A stretch of 64,000 nucleotides of DNA from Rebecca billardiae RCC1528. Lineage: Eukaryota; Protista; Haptophyta. Numbering within the stretch: position 1 is the first letter of the stretch; the number at the start of each line of letters is the position of its first letter. Under the pieces are notes generated by a model. That model saw only the letters and a list, made by a program, of their open reading frames with translations, did not search any database and had not been told where the DNA came from. Made by a program: the position numbers and the translations under genes. The DNA is taken from assembly GCA_965240325.2 (NCBI GenBank), contig OZ251232.1, positions 2,170,001-2,234,000 of the forward strand, read 5' to 3'. Of the stretch, positions 54,667-64,000 are shown piece by piece.

Positions 54667-55207
54667 GTCACTGACCGTCTGGTGAGAGTGATGCCGCGCG
54701 GCACTCGAAATGTCATCGGATTCTGCGCTCATTAGACTGCTTTAAGACGATGTAGCGCACTAGTATAGTAGACAGTGCGGTGAGGCCGGGCGCCATCAGG
54801 CGGGCCGCCCGGCCCCGCCGCCGATATCGTCAACATATGCGGGCAGCAGAGCATCATCAAGCTGCGTCATTGATCCGCGAATTCCGATATATCATATCAA
54901 TTATCATCGACGTGATGACGAGGCGGCTGCTCGCATATCATCATCCATAATATATATCATCTCTCTGCCTCTGATCTCAGCAAGCAAGTGACGATATCTC
55001 GGATCATGCCGCTTATTACTACCGACATCCGCCTGCGCCGTGCGCGCAGGTACGTATGCGCCAGCAGCTGGTAGATAGCGCAGTAGTATAGCACGTGGCT
55101 ACGTTCAACACGTCTGGACTCTGGGCGGAACGTCGGGCCCTTCGTCCATGACCATGACAGCCTCGGGCAGCAACCGCCTGTAGTAACACTAGACCTGCCT
55201 GTGACAG

Positions 55208-57115
55208 TTACGCCGCCGCAAGACGATGCTGCTGCACCCGCCACGCGCGAACGAGCACTCGCCGGTACATGTCGAAGGCGTCGCACGGGGGCCCCAGCGT
55301 CGCGGCCCCCACCCCCGCCGGCGGCCGCCAGCCCGCCGCTGCTCGCGCGGCCGCGTCCGCAGCGCACGACTCGTCGTCGAGCGCGTACACAAACAGCGGC
55401 GCGACGCGCTCGAGCTCGGTGCGCATCGCCCGGAGGAGCGGCGAGCGCACGAGGCTGGTGACCTCGCCGAGCCACGTGCTCGACGCGTTCCGCGGCGGGG
55501 CGGGAGGGCCGAACGCGCTCGCGTTGAGCACCACAGCGAATCGAGAGTAGTCGAGGCCTGGCCACGAGGCAGCCTCCGCGTCGTCCTCCTCAGCAGGGGG
55601 CACCACCTGCGGATCTCCGGGGCGCGTGGGCGCGGCCGACGACAGGGGGCGCCGCCACGGCCACGACGTTGCTCTGCTCTCGTCGTACAGCCGGTGGCCG
55701 CCCTCGACGAGGATGGGCACGCTGCCGCTCAGGATCGCCGCGAAGAAGTGCGACCGCTCGAGCGAGTCGCCAGGCGGCTCAAAGGACATGTGCGAGCGCA
55801 GCAGCTGCGTGAAGAGCGTCGAGCGCGGTGGCGAGCTGAGCGGGCACCCCCGCCCGCGGCGGACGCAACGCGCGCACAGCGAAAGCCCTCTCGTGCAGTT
55901 CGCGCCGTGTCGCCTGAGCGTGAGCATCATCTTGAAGCGCACGTACTGGTTGGGCTCACCGTCCGCGTGCAGGTGACCGCCGCGCTTGATGTCGGCGGCA
56001 GCGAGGATGGCGATGTCGCGGCGCTTGGCGCTCTTCGCGGGAGAGTAGGCGCCGTGCGCCACGCCCCAGCTGCGCACCGCGCGTGAGAAGCCCACGGCCG
56101 CCGGCACCGAGACGAGCAGCGGCCCGCCAAAGTCCACGGCCGGAGCGGCGCGTCCGTGCTGGCGGCCGGCAGCCGCCGCGCGGACCAGCGCCTCGCGGCG
56201 CGGCAGCTCGACGAGCGCGTCGTCCGACCACGCGGCTCCGAACAAGCGGCGCGTCTCAAGCCCGACGCGAGAGAGACGGTTTGTCACCACCACGACCGAC
56301 TGGAACGCCGCCGGCTGCTCGCTCAGTGCCCCGACGAACGAGAGCAGTGGGCCTGCCGGCGGTAGCTCGACGGCCACGACGACCAGCGGCGGATGCGCGC
56401 GGCCGTCAAAGTACAGCCGCCGCACGAGCGACCAAAACGCACTGCTCATGTCCCTGGACGAGCAGAAATGCACCCCCCACGAGAAGCCGTGGGTGGCGAA
56501 GAGGTGGAGGAAGAGCGAGGGCACCACCACGATGTCGGCGTTGCACGCGGCAGCGTTGGCAGGGTCGCACACGGCGTGCGCGCTCTGCAGGTGGCGCGCG
56601 AGGAAGATGCGCTCGTGGAGGTACTCGTCGAACTCCACCGGCCTCGGCTTGCCCAGTCGCGAGGGCAGATTCTCGAGCGTCGGCTCCCGGATCGACTCGC
56701 AGTGCGGGCTTGTGTGCACGCAGTAATCGGGTGGCGCCGAGCTGGCCGGCACAAAACGCTCATCGTCGGCCACGGCGCACGTGCGTGCACTTTCGTTGAA
56801 GATGTGCCGCATGTTGAGCAGCGAGTGGCGGAGGCTGACCATGCTTGGCCTGGCTGAGGCTTTTCGCCAAGGCGGCGGCCAGCAGTCGTTGGCGAGACGG
56901 TGTGGCGGGTGTGTTATGAGCAGCCCCTTGCACGCGTACGCGACGTCGCCATCGACAGCCGAAGCGACATCGATGCCGGCCGAGCGCAGGTCGAGGAAGT
57001 CGCTCACCGCGATCGAGGGAGCAGCCGGCACTCCAGTGTCGCCTGCTTGGTCAGCGAGGGCGCCCACAAGAGCAAGCAGCAGGCAGATGCAAAGATGACA
57101 GCGCGAAGGTCCCAT
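55208..57115 (-). CDS. Exostosin-family (GT47) glycosyltransferase-like protein
   Basis: Signal/anchor CHLCICLLLALVGALA; DPANA...DIVVVP; LLRSHMSFEPPGDSLERSHFFAAILSGSVPILV matches the GT47 C-terminal motif. Confidence 0.8.
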   Translation of the reverse strand: MGPSRCHLCICLLLALVGALADQAGDTGVPAAPSIAVSDFLDLRSAGIDVASAVDGDVAYACKGLLITHPPHRLANDCWPPPWRKASARPSMVSLRHSLLNMRHIFNESARTCAVADDERFVPASSAPPDYCVHTSPHCESIREPTLENLPSRLGKPRPVEFDEYLHERIFLARHLQSAHAVCDPANAAACNADIVVVPSLFLHLFATHGFSWGVHFCSSRDMSSAFWSLVRRLYFDGRAHPPLVVVAVELPPAGPLLSFVGALSEQPAAFQSVVVVTNRLSRVGLETRRLFGAAWSDDALVELPRREALVRAAAAGRQHGRAAPAVDFGGPLLVSVPAAVGFSRAVRSWGVAHGAYSPAKSAKRRDIAILAAADIKRGGHLHADGEPNQYVRFKMMLTLRRHGANCTRGLSLCARCVRRGRGCPLSSPPRSTLFTQLLRSHMSFEPPGDSLERSHFFAAILSGSVPILVEGGHRLYDESRATSWPWRRPLSSAAPTRPGDPQVVPPAEEDDAEAASWPGLDYSRFAVVLNASAFGPPAPPRNASSTWLGEVTSLVRSPLLRAMRTELERVAPLFVYALDDESCAADAAARAAAGWRPPAGVGAATLGPPCDAFDMYRRVLVRAWRVQQHRLAAA

Positions 57116-59424
57116 CGTGATTTGGGCGTCATCATCAGTTCATCAATCACGTGCTTGTATTTACCCGTGAGATATTCATCAGCTAGTATTTAGCAGATAC
57201 GAAGCATATTGGGTCCTTCCCGACCGAGTTCCCTACTCGGGCCGGGGGTTTGCCTGGTAGCGAGGTTTGTAACGGTTTGTCCGCGGGACAAACCGTTTCA
57301 GCTTGGTCGGCGTGCGCGCTATTTTGAGCGCGCGCCTATGAAGGCAGCTGCTATTCAAAGGCGAATCGCCTATGAAGCCGGCTCCTATGTGTCAACACCT
57401 TACGGGTACTTGGGAGCGGGCTCATAGGGCTCACCAGGCCGCGAGACTGCACCATGCCGCCCATCTGCACGTCGCCGAATCGGCCGCAATTCGGAAGCGA
57501 GAGGCGAGGCAGAGGACGGCAGACGTTTGCCACGAGCGTGGTGTCGGTCCTTGTTGCGTGCGCCGCCGTCGTGCTTGCTCCCGCTGCGGGGAAGCAGGCG
57601 CGTAGCTGCCGAGTCCACGCAGAAGGACTACAATTCCTATCGTTCAACGCATGCGCCGAGCTGTCGATCCAAGTACATGGCTGTTGGGCGACCCTCTCGC
57701 CGTTCGCGGACGCTGCCATACCGTACTGCGCGACCTCTTGCTGCTAGCTGCTCCGCCCAGCTGGCACGAAGGTGGGGCGCGAGGCGTTTTGATTGGCAGA
57801 TGTCTGGAAGTAGAACACCCTGACCTCGCAGCTGATGCTTCCCTCAGTGTGCTGTCCCAGTTGACAGACATGTCGTGGCTTGCATCTCGGGTGCAGGTAT
57901 TCATCTTCAGTAGCGCTTCGCCAAGCTACGCCCTGCGCAAGCCGCCTCAGTGAGCGCCGCTCTGAAAGCCTCACCGACCTCTGCGTTCTATCGCGTGCCG
58001 TCTCACGCGTGATGCGGTTGAGCTGCCGTTGCGCACGGCGTGTGGCTCGAGCTCGCGCGGGGCTTGGCGACGCACACGTACGTGCGGAAAGCCGCATTGC
58101 TCTCGGCCTACGCCGCGCTCGTCCGCGCGATGGGCGCGGGCACGCTCACCGGTCAGCGCGCGCATGAGCTGCGCGCGCTGATCGCCGGTGAGCTCAGAGC
58201 TGCGCGCGCTGCCGGCAGTCATCCCTGCGAGTGCTGCGGCGGCGAGCGGCGGGCGAGGCGCCAGCAGGAAAGCTCGCACTCGTCGACTCAGCGTTCGTCA
58301 TGCTGCCCTCGCTGCCGCCCGACGCGATTCGCCTGCAGTTGAGGGCGCCAGGGTGACGCTGCGCCCGCTCCTAGGGGCAACCGGCGGCTGAGGACGAGTC
58401 GACTGGATGCAGTATGACTATGAGTAGTCGCTGACCGTTGACGATGATGCTACGCGTACTAAGACTACTGACGATTTTGACGCGCTACTGGTCTCGGCGG
58501 TCATCAGCTGAGGCTGCGAGTGAGACTTGTTTCTCTCACTGCTGCCATCCGCCGCCGGATATGTGACTACACGTGAGCCGACGATTATCACTTGAGCTCG
58601 GCGCCAGCCCGATCGAAAGCAGCCTGAGCCTGAGGCCCCGGGCCCGGACGGGCGGACAGTGACAAGCTGCAGACGACTCGACGATCAGCTGCTGACAGAT
58701 GATCACGGCGACATGATGATGATGGGCGCAGTTGCGGAAGGCCCACCTGCCACGGCCTACTGCAGGATGCGCAAAGGGGTGGTCAACATTAGATATCTGC
58801 TAAGGTGACAGGAGCTGTAGCCGCGGGCCGCAGCGCGGCGCGCAGCGCGCATGCATGCACGCGCGCTTGACAGATGCTCCGGGCACGAATGATTGCCCTC
58901 AGCTCAACCCAGACGAGTTGAAGCATGGCAGAGTGGCGCCGTGCACACGTTCACATCGATGGCCGTGCGACCATACAGTCTTGCCATGTACGCCCGCGAG
59001 GTCAAACCACAGCTGTGGCTTTGGATCAGGTCCGCCGAGCACCACCGCGGTACAGGCCCAAGCCTTGGCAGTGCGAGCAGTCCTCTTGAGTTCGGCGAAC
59101 TGGAAAGCATGCATCACCTGGCCCACAGTGCGCAGCATCGCGAAGCTGTGGGCCAGATGGTTCCCCGCGCGAACAAGACCAATAAGGGCAATGCTCGCTA
59201 CGTGAGCAGATGCTGATACTCCTACGGCACCCGCTCGGGAACTTGTGCCCCGGTCTCGACATCTGGGTATCGCCCGGATCATGGGCCGGGGCATTGGCCG
59301 CCGCGCCGCCCATCCCATCAACGCAACAATCGCAGCTGCGGCCTGCTGCACCTCCGGTCCCGCGTCCTCCCCCGGCGCGGCCATCACCGTCGCGTGGCAT
59401 GGATCGCGTCCGCCACAGTCCCGC

Positions 59425-59463
59425 GATTTTCCGAAAAACCGGCGGCCGATTTTTCGGAAAATC
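59425..59463. promoter_or_regulatory. 39-bp near-perfect palindrome upstream of the sulfotransferase-like gene
   Basis: GATTTTCCGAAAAA (59425-59438) and TTTTTCGGAAAATC (59450-59463) are exact reverse complements; function is inferred from position only. Confidence 0.4.
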
Positions 59464-59526
59464 CTTACCGCCAAACCCCCGGCCCGAGTAGTAGTTAACT
59501 AGGCCTCGCCGTCCGGATCAGCCAAG

Positions 59527-60504
59527 ATGCCGCGTCGATCGGCGCTCAACGTGGCGCTCGTCCTCGGCAGCTTGGCGCCCGGCGGCGTCGCGCTGGCCCT
59601 GGACACTGCGCCGCGCGCGATTGCGATGCAAGGCTGCTCGGGCTCGACGTGGACCCTCAAGATGCTGCGCACGATCGTGCGAAACGCGACGCACGTACAG
59701 GTCCAGGGCACAGAGTTCGAGATTCTCAAGCCCGAGAAGAACTGGTTCTACACGCCCAGCCTGGGCGCGCATGGCGCATTCCTTGCGATGAACAAGCACG
59801 CTGTGTCGAAGGGCCGCGCCCTCGTCTTCAAGGCTGACTTGCACCTGATGATCCCAGGGCCGATGGTGCCCGCATTCCAGAGCGCAGGGGTGCGGCTCGT
59901 GTACATCTACCGCGCCAACAGGCTGGACTACTTGATCTGCACTGTGAACGACTGCTTCGTTCCGAGATCGCAGGGGACGCCGGTCTTCAGCAACGGCACC
60001 GTCTCCGATCTGTGCTTCCGCCGCCGCCGCTCCCAAAGCGAGGCCGCGCCCGGCAAGCTGCTCGTACGCTTCGATCCGAGCACCATCGCTGGCCGCCTGA
60101 CACAGTTGCACCGGCAGGCGATCAAAAGCCGCGAAGTACTGGCTGCCTGGGGCTATGCTGTCTCACCGCACGTCGCGATCTTCGAGGAGCTCGCCGAGTT
60201 CACGCACGACCGCCTGGCACTGCCACGGTCTGCGCTTGCGTTTCGCGCCGTGCTCGCAGCATGGGGCCTGCCGCTGCCAGTGGAGGCGATCGCTGCTGTG
60301 CTGCAGCCAGAGGCGGGCACGCGCGCGCCGCCGCCGCCGCACTCCATGAAGATAGACAACTTCTGGCGCGTGCAGCAGGCGCTCACCGCGCCGGACGTGC
60401 CGCCCGAAGTGCGCGCCATGCTCCGTTCACCGTATCAGCCGTCCACGACGGCGCCGACCGCGGGCAGCCCGGGCGGGCTTGCTGACCGAGTGTCCGTTAT
60501 ATGA
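59527..60504 (+). CDS. Sulfotransferase-like P-loop protein (Stf0-like)
   Basis: N-terminal signal/anchor; 5'-PSB-like MQGCSGSTWTLKML; 3'-PB-like LVYIYRANRLDYLI. Confidence 0.65.
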   Translation: MPRRSALNVALVLGSLAPGGVALALDTAPRAIAMQGCSGSTWTLKMLRTIVRNATHVQVQGTEFEILKPEKNWFYTPSLGAHGAFLAMNKHAVSKGRALVFKADLHLMIPGPMVPAFQSAGVRLVYIYRANRLDYLICTVNDCFVPRSQGTPVFSNGTVSDLCFRRRRSQSEAAPGKLLVRFDPSTIAGRLTQLHRQAIKSREVLAAWGYAVSPHVAIFEELAEFTHDRLALPRSALAFRAVLAAWGLPLPVEAIAAVLQPEAGTRAPPPPHSMKIDNFWRVQQALTAPDVPPEVRAMLRSPYQPSTTAPTAGSPGGLADRVSVI

Positions 60505-60581
60505 CGACTACTCTAACAGTCTATTGAACTGACTGATGGTGTCTGAGACTGATGAGTACAGAGTAACTAGTGGATGCATCA

Positions 60582-60616
<35 letters not shown>

Positions 60617-60640
60617 TATGCATGTATATATATATACATA

Positions 60641-60691
<51 letters not shown>

Positions 60692-60715
60692 CGACACACA
60701 CACACACACACACGA
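60582..60715. repeat. (TA)n/(CA)n microsatellite
   Basis: Seen directly. Confidence 0.9.
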
Positions 60716-61039
60716 CACTATAATATAGCTTACTACCTGCGTACTGCTCTGTCCAATCACCAATGAGTTAAGTCATGTTTTTGTATTTGGTTGTAACCGA
60801 CGTAACGGTCACGTGAAACGTGCGCTGCGACGCGCCTGAGTGCAATAATGAATAAAGACGGTTTTGCGCTAGGTCTGAGCTACACGCCAATATACCGCCT
60901 TATAGACGTGCTTATGCTAGAACCGACTCCTACGCCGCCGGTGATGCCATACATACGGATGAGCAGGTCTCACGCCGCCGACGGCGCCGTGCGGACGGCG
61001 CAGCGGCAGGGTGCCAGCGGCTGCGCCCATTTCGACTTG

Positions 61040-61345
61040 CGCCGCTTGCGTGCGCAATACTCGACGTCACTGTTCACTTCGGTGCTGACAACCTCCTTCA
61101 TGATGCGGCACGTGTACACCAACATCTCCTCGAGCTTATACTTATCGCTCGGGTATTCCAGGCATCACATCATCGACCAGCTGGCGCTTCGGCTCGGGCT
61201 GGCGCCTCGGCGCCGCTTGCCCGTGCTGACCGCGATCGCGCGGAAGAAGCTGAGGTCGCAAGTGTTGAAGTCCGGGCTGTTTGACGGCTGCGCTGGCGCA
61301 CAACGATCGACGGGCTCATCGACGCGCCGTACGCGTTCAGTCAGT
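61040..61345 (-). pseudogene. Degenerate Tc1/mariner-type transposase fragment
   Basis: The minus strand encodes AQPSNSPDFNTCDLSFFRAI (QPSNSPDFN at 61290-61264), resembling QPPNSPDLNxLDLGFF; surrounded by stops and frameshifts. Confidence 0.5.
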
Positions 61346-61898
61346 CCAGCAGCTTGGCATACTCATCGAGCAGCTGCACCTTCCCGCCCTCGTCCATGCT
61401 GTCTTCAGCGCGACTGCGTTTGTCCCGCTCAGTGCACTCGAGCGGTTCGCGGACCGATGACAGCGGATAGCTGGACGACCGAGGATTACGAGCAGTGCGC
61501 GCGACATCCCTATCATCGTTGTTCGGTGGGGCATTCTCTTGGTCCTCTGGAGCTATGTGTGCGAAGAGTGCCACGTGCGCGCGCACGCGCACGCGCGACT
61601 GGGCGTGGGCCTGAGTGGACGTCACAGGCAGAGGAGCTCACGGTTGGTTGCGCGCGCGCGCCTCTGACGCCCGGCGCCCGCGCGCTGGACCCCGGCTTAT
61701 GGGGTATCGTTGAAAAGCGCACGAGCAGCGCAAAACAACTTCGTCCTCTCCGAGGGCGCAGCGCCAACGCCATACGCGAGAGGAGCGTGATTGCTTGAGA
61801 AAACATGATGACTATAAACTTTTTCGGGACTAAGAGGTAGTATATATATATATATATATAATATAATTAATATCATCGGTGATGTGAATAAAAGATGA

Positions 61899-64000
61899 TG
61901 TTTATTCCGCCTTACCAGTTCCCCGGTCACGCAGGGGCTTATGACAGTGTCCCTGCGGACGTCGTCAGCAGCGCCGTCCGTGCGGACGAGCGGGCGGTGT
62001 CGGTCCTCAGAAACGGATAAAAAAGCGGGGGGCGGCAAACGGCGGCCGCCATACGTAACTGGCAGCGCAGCTTTCGCCTGCAGCTCTGCAGGCAGTACCG
62101 GGTACTTCGACCATCCGGACGGTTGGAGCCAACCGCCTGGAGAGGAAAAGAAATCGTGCACGTAGGGAATTCGGGATTAATACAACACCCCCCCTCGACA
62201 TCATGCCGAAGGCGGCAGAGGTTGTGGAACAGCATGCAGTATCGCCACGACGTGTTTGAGAAAAGTACTCGTCGCGGTAGCCTTGGTCATGATGTCGGAC
62301 CGGTTGTCGTCGGTCGACACCTTCTGGATCAGCACGGCGCCGTCGGCTTGCGCGCGCCGCGTGAAATGGTACTTCACGTCAATGTGCTTGGTGCGCTTGT
62401 GGTGCACCGGGTTGTTCGTCAAATCGATCGTGCCCTGGTTATCCTCGTAGATCACCGTCGTGGGCTCCACGACCGGCTCGTTCAAAAACGTGACCAGGTC
62501 GCGCAGGTAGATCACCTCGCGGCAGCACTCGCTCAGCGCGATGTACTCCGCCTCGCACGTAGACAACGCGACCACGCTCTGCAGTCCGCTGTGCCACGAG
62601 ATCGGGACCCCGTTGTACATAACAAGGTATCCCGTCGTAGAACGTCGATCTTCGCGATCGTTCGCCCAGTCCGAGTCCGCGTACGCCACCAAATCAGGGT
62701 GTTGTGCGTGCGTCGCGTGCCGGAACAGGATGCCGCGCCGACGCGTGCCGAGCAAGTATCGGAGCGTGCGCTTCGCGGCGGTCAAGTCGTAGAGCCGGGG
62801 ATTGGACATCCGGCGTGCCAGCATGTTCACGGCGTGCGCGATGTCGGGGCGACACGTCGTCATGCAGTACATGAGGGCACCGGTCATCTCCTGGTAGTGC
62901 TGGCGGTCAGCGCGCAGCAGGAGGGCTTGCAGCGGGCGGGGGATCTCGCGCGTCTCGCTGCACTCGGGGGTCGGTGGGTGGCGCTCTCCACTCAGGTGGA
63001 AGCGCTCGCACACATCACCGATGTACTGGTTCAGGTGGGTAAAAAGTCCGTCCACCGTGGTCTCAAATTCGGCGCCAAGGAACTTGCTCAGGCAGTCCGC
63101 GCCCTGCATCTCGTAGTGCGTCAGCAACGCCGTCATCAGCGCGTCCAACGCGCTCTTGTCCTTCGAGATGTTCATCATCAGCAGATCGTCGACAAAGTGA
63201 CCGACGAACACGTAGCCGCCATCGACTGCCTTCGAGTAGATGCACGGCGCGCTCGGGCACGGCTCGAACCCATGTTCGAGCAAACACTTCCGCAAGTGTA
63301 GGTACCACACGCGCCCGGCCTGGCGCATGCCAGGGAGCGCCTTCACAAACTTCGCGACCACCTTCGAGCCGAGCGGCGTCGAGCTCTTCGCGGTGTAGCC
63401 AGGCGGGAGCGGTGTCATCACCTCCTCACCCTCCGGCAGGTCGCTGTTCAGGTATGCGTGCCGCACGTCGGCGGGTCGCATCTCCACGATCTTGGCGCTC
63501 GCCGCGTCCGTCATCGAGACGCCTTTGGCCTTGAGCGCGACCGCGAGCATCAGCCGCAGCTGTTCTGGTCGTATCGTCGGGGCGAACACCTCATTGAAGT
63601 CGATGCCCTCGCGCTGGCGGAACCCCTGGGTTACCAGCCGCGCCTTGAACTTGATCACTTCGCCATCGGGAAGCGTCTTCACGTCGAACACCCACTTGAC
63701 AGGAATCGTCCGCGTGTTGTCCGGCACAATCACCTCGAAGAACGTGTGTCTCACGCCGTGCGCGTCGAGGTGGTCGTGGCAGGCCTGCATCCAGAGCTTG
63801 GCCTCGGGCGACTTCATCGCCTCGTCCCACGTCGTGGGGATGGTGATCGGCACACCATTCATCCGCGCGATCGTCGTCGCAGCGAATGCCTCGAAGCTGT
63901 TCTCCTCGGTAGGTTCCTCGCCCGCGGCCTGGAACGCTGCCTCGGTCACAGCCTGCACCGTCTGCGCGGCGGGTCTGCTCCGCCTCGCTCGGTCTCGTCG
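61899..64000 (-). mobile_element. Ty1/copia LTR retrotransposon, 3' part (RT-RNase H, PPT, 3' LTR); continues beyond the window
   Basis: pol ORF; polypurine tract GAGGGGGGG at 62196-62188 followed at once by TGTTG at 62187; LTR far end uncertain (~61899 ...AACA, or 61942-61948). Confidence 0.9.
62201..64000 (-). CDS. Copia polyprotein: reverse transcriptase (RVT_2) and RNase H, 5' partial
   Basis: KWVF..K, KARLVTQGFRQREGIDF, FVDD, YADSDWA, STCEAEY, EDNQG, RTKHIDVKYHF. Confidence 0.95.
   Translation of the reverse strand, partial: RRDRARRSRPAAQTVQAVTEAAFQAAGEEPTEENSFEAFAATTIARMNGVPITIPTTWDEAMKSPEAKLWMQACHDHLDAHGVRHTFFEVIVPDNTRTIPVKWVFDVKTLPDGEVIKFKARLVTQGFRQREGIDFNEVFAPTIRPEQLRLMLAVALKAKGVSMTDAASAKIVEMRPADVRHAYLNSDLPEGEEVMTPLPPGYTAKSSTPLGSKVVAKFVKALPGMRQAGRVWYLHLRKCLLEHGFEPCPSAPCIYSKAVDGGYVFVGHFVDDLLMMNISKDKSALDALMTALLTHYEMQGADCLSKFLGAEFETTVDGLFTHLNQYIGDVCERFHLSGERHPPTPECSETREIPRPLQALLLRADRQHYQEMTGALMYCMTTCRPDIAHAVNMLARRMSNPRLYDLTAAKRTLRYLLGTRRRGILFRHATHAQHPDLVAYADSDWANDREDRRSTTGYLVMYNGVPISWHSGLQSVVALSTCEAEYIALSECCREVIYLRDLVTFLNEPVVEPTTVIYEDNQGTIDLTNNPVHHKRTKHIDVKYHFTRRAQADGAVLIQKVSTDDNRSDIMTKATATSTFLKHVVAILHAVPQPLPPSA

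Noticed and set aside
302-54732. Numerous long Arg/Ala/Pro-rich overlapping ORFs
   Set aside because: Shadow frames expected in extremely GC-rich coding DNA.
57300-59400. Short ORFs on both strands between the GT47 and sulfotransferase-like genes
   Set aside because: No domain similarity I can support; exon structure unresolved.

Overview
Gene-dense, very GC-rich eukaryotic nuclear DNA from a photosynthetic alga. Evidence: a nucleus-encoded PsbW-like protein with a signal peptide, GT-AG introns full of (CG)n runs, and CCCTAA telomere-type repeats. A haptophyte such as a Pavlovales species is my inference, not proven. About 20 protein-coding genes can be supported, many only after splicing: a DSP-fold probable pseudophosphatase, an RBR-type E3 ligase with a CCHC knuckle, an amino-acid transporter, three glycosyltransferase-family genes, a histidine kinase broken by an 11-bp duplication, a BTB/pentapeptide protein, an ADCK1/ABC1 kinase, a RavA/MoxR ATPase, a bacterial-type AdoMetDC, PsbW, a kringle/extensin-like surface protein, an Mpv17/PMP22 protein and a sulfotransferase-like protein. 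The most unusual coding architectures are two membrane proteins with TIR-like modules: nucleoside-hydrolase-like + ~6TM + TIR-like (49050-54666) and PA + 7TM + truncated TIR-like (19090-21342). Mobile and repeat DNA includes a head-to-tail non-coding element with two minisatellites sitting in (TA)n (6366-10507), a microsatellite-tailed dispersed repeat, a ~1-kb foldback element with a candidate 5-bp TSD (29110-30164), a mariner-like relic and the 3' part of a Ty1/copia retrotransposon. All family calls come from motif recognition by eye; no database searches were run.
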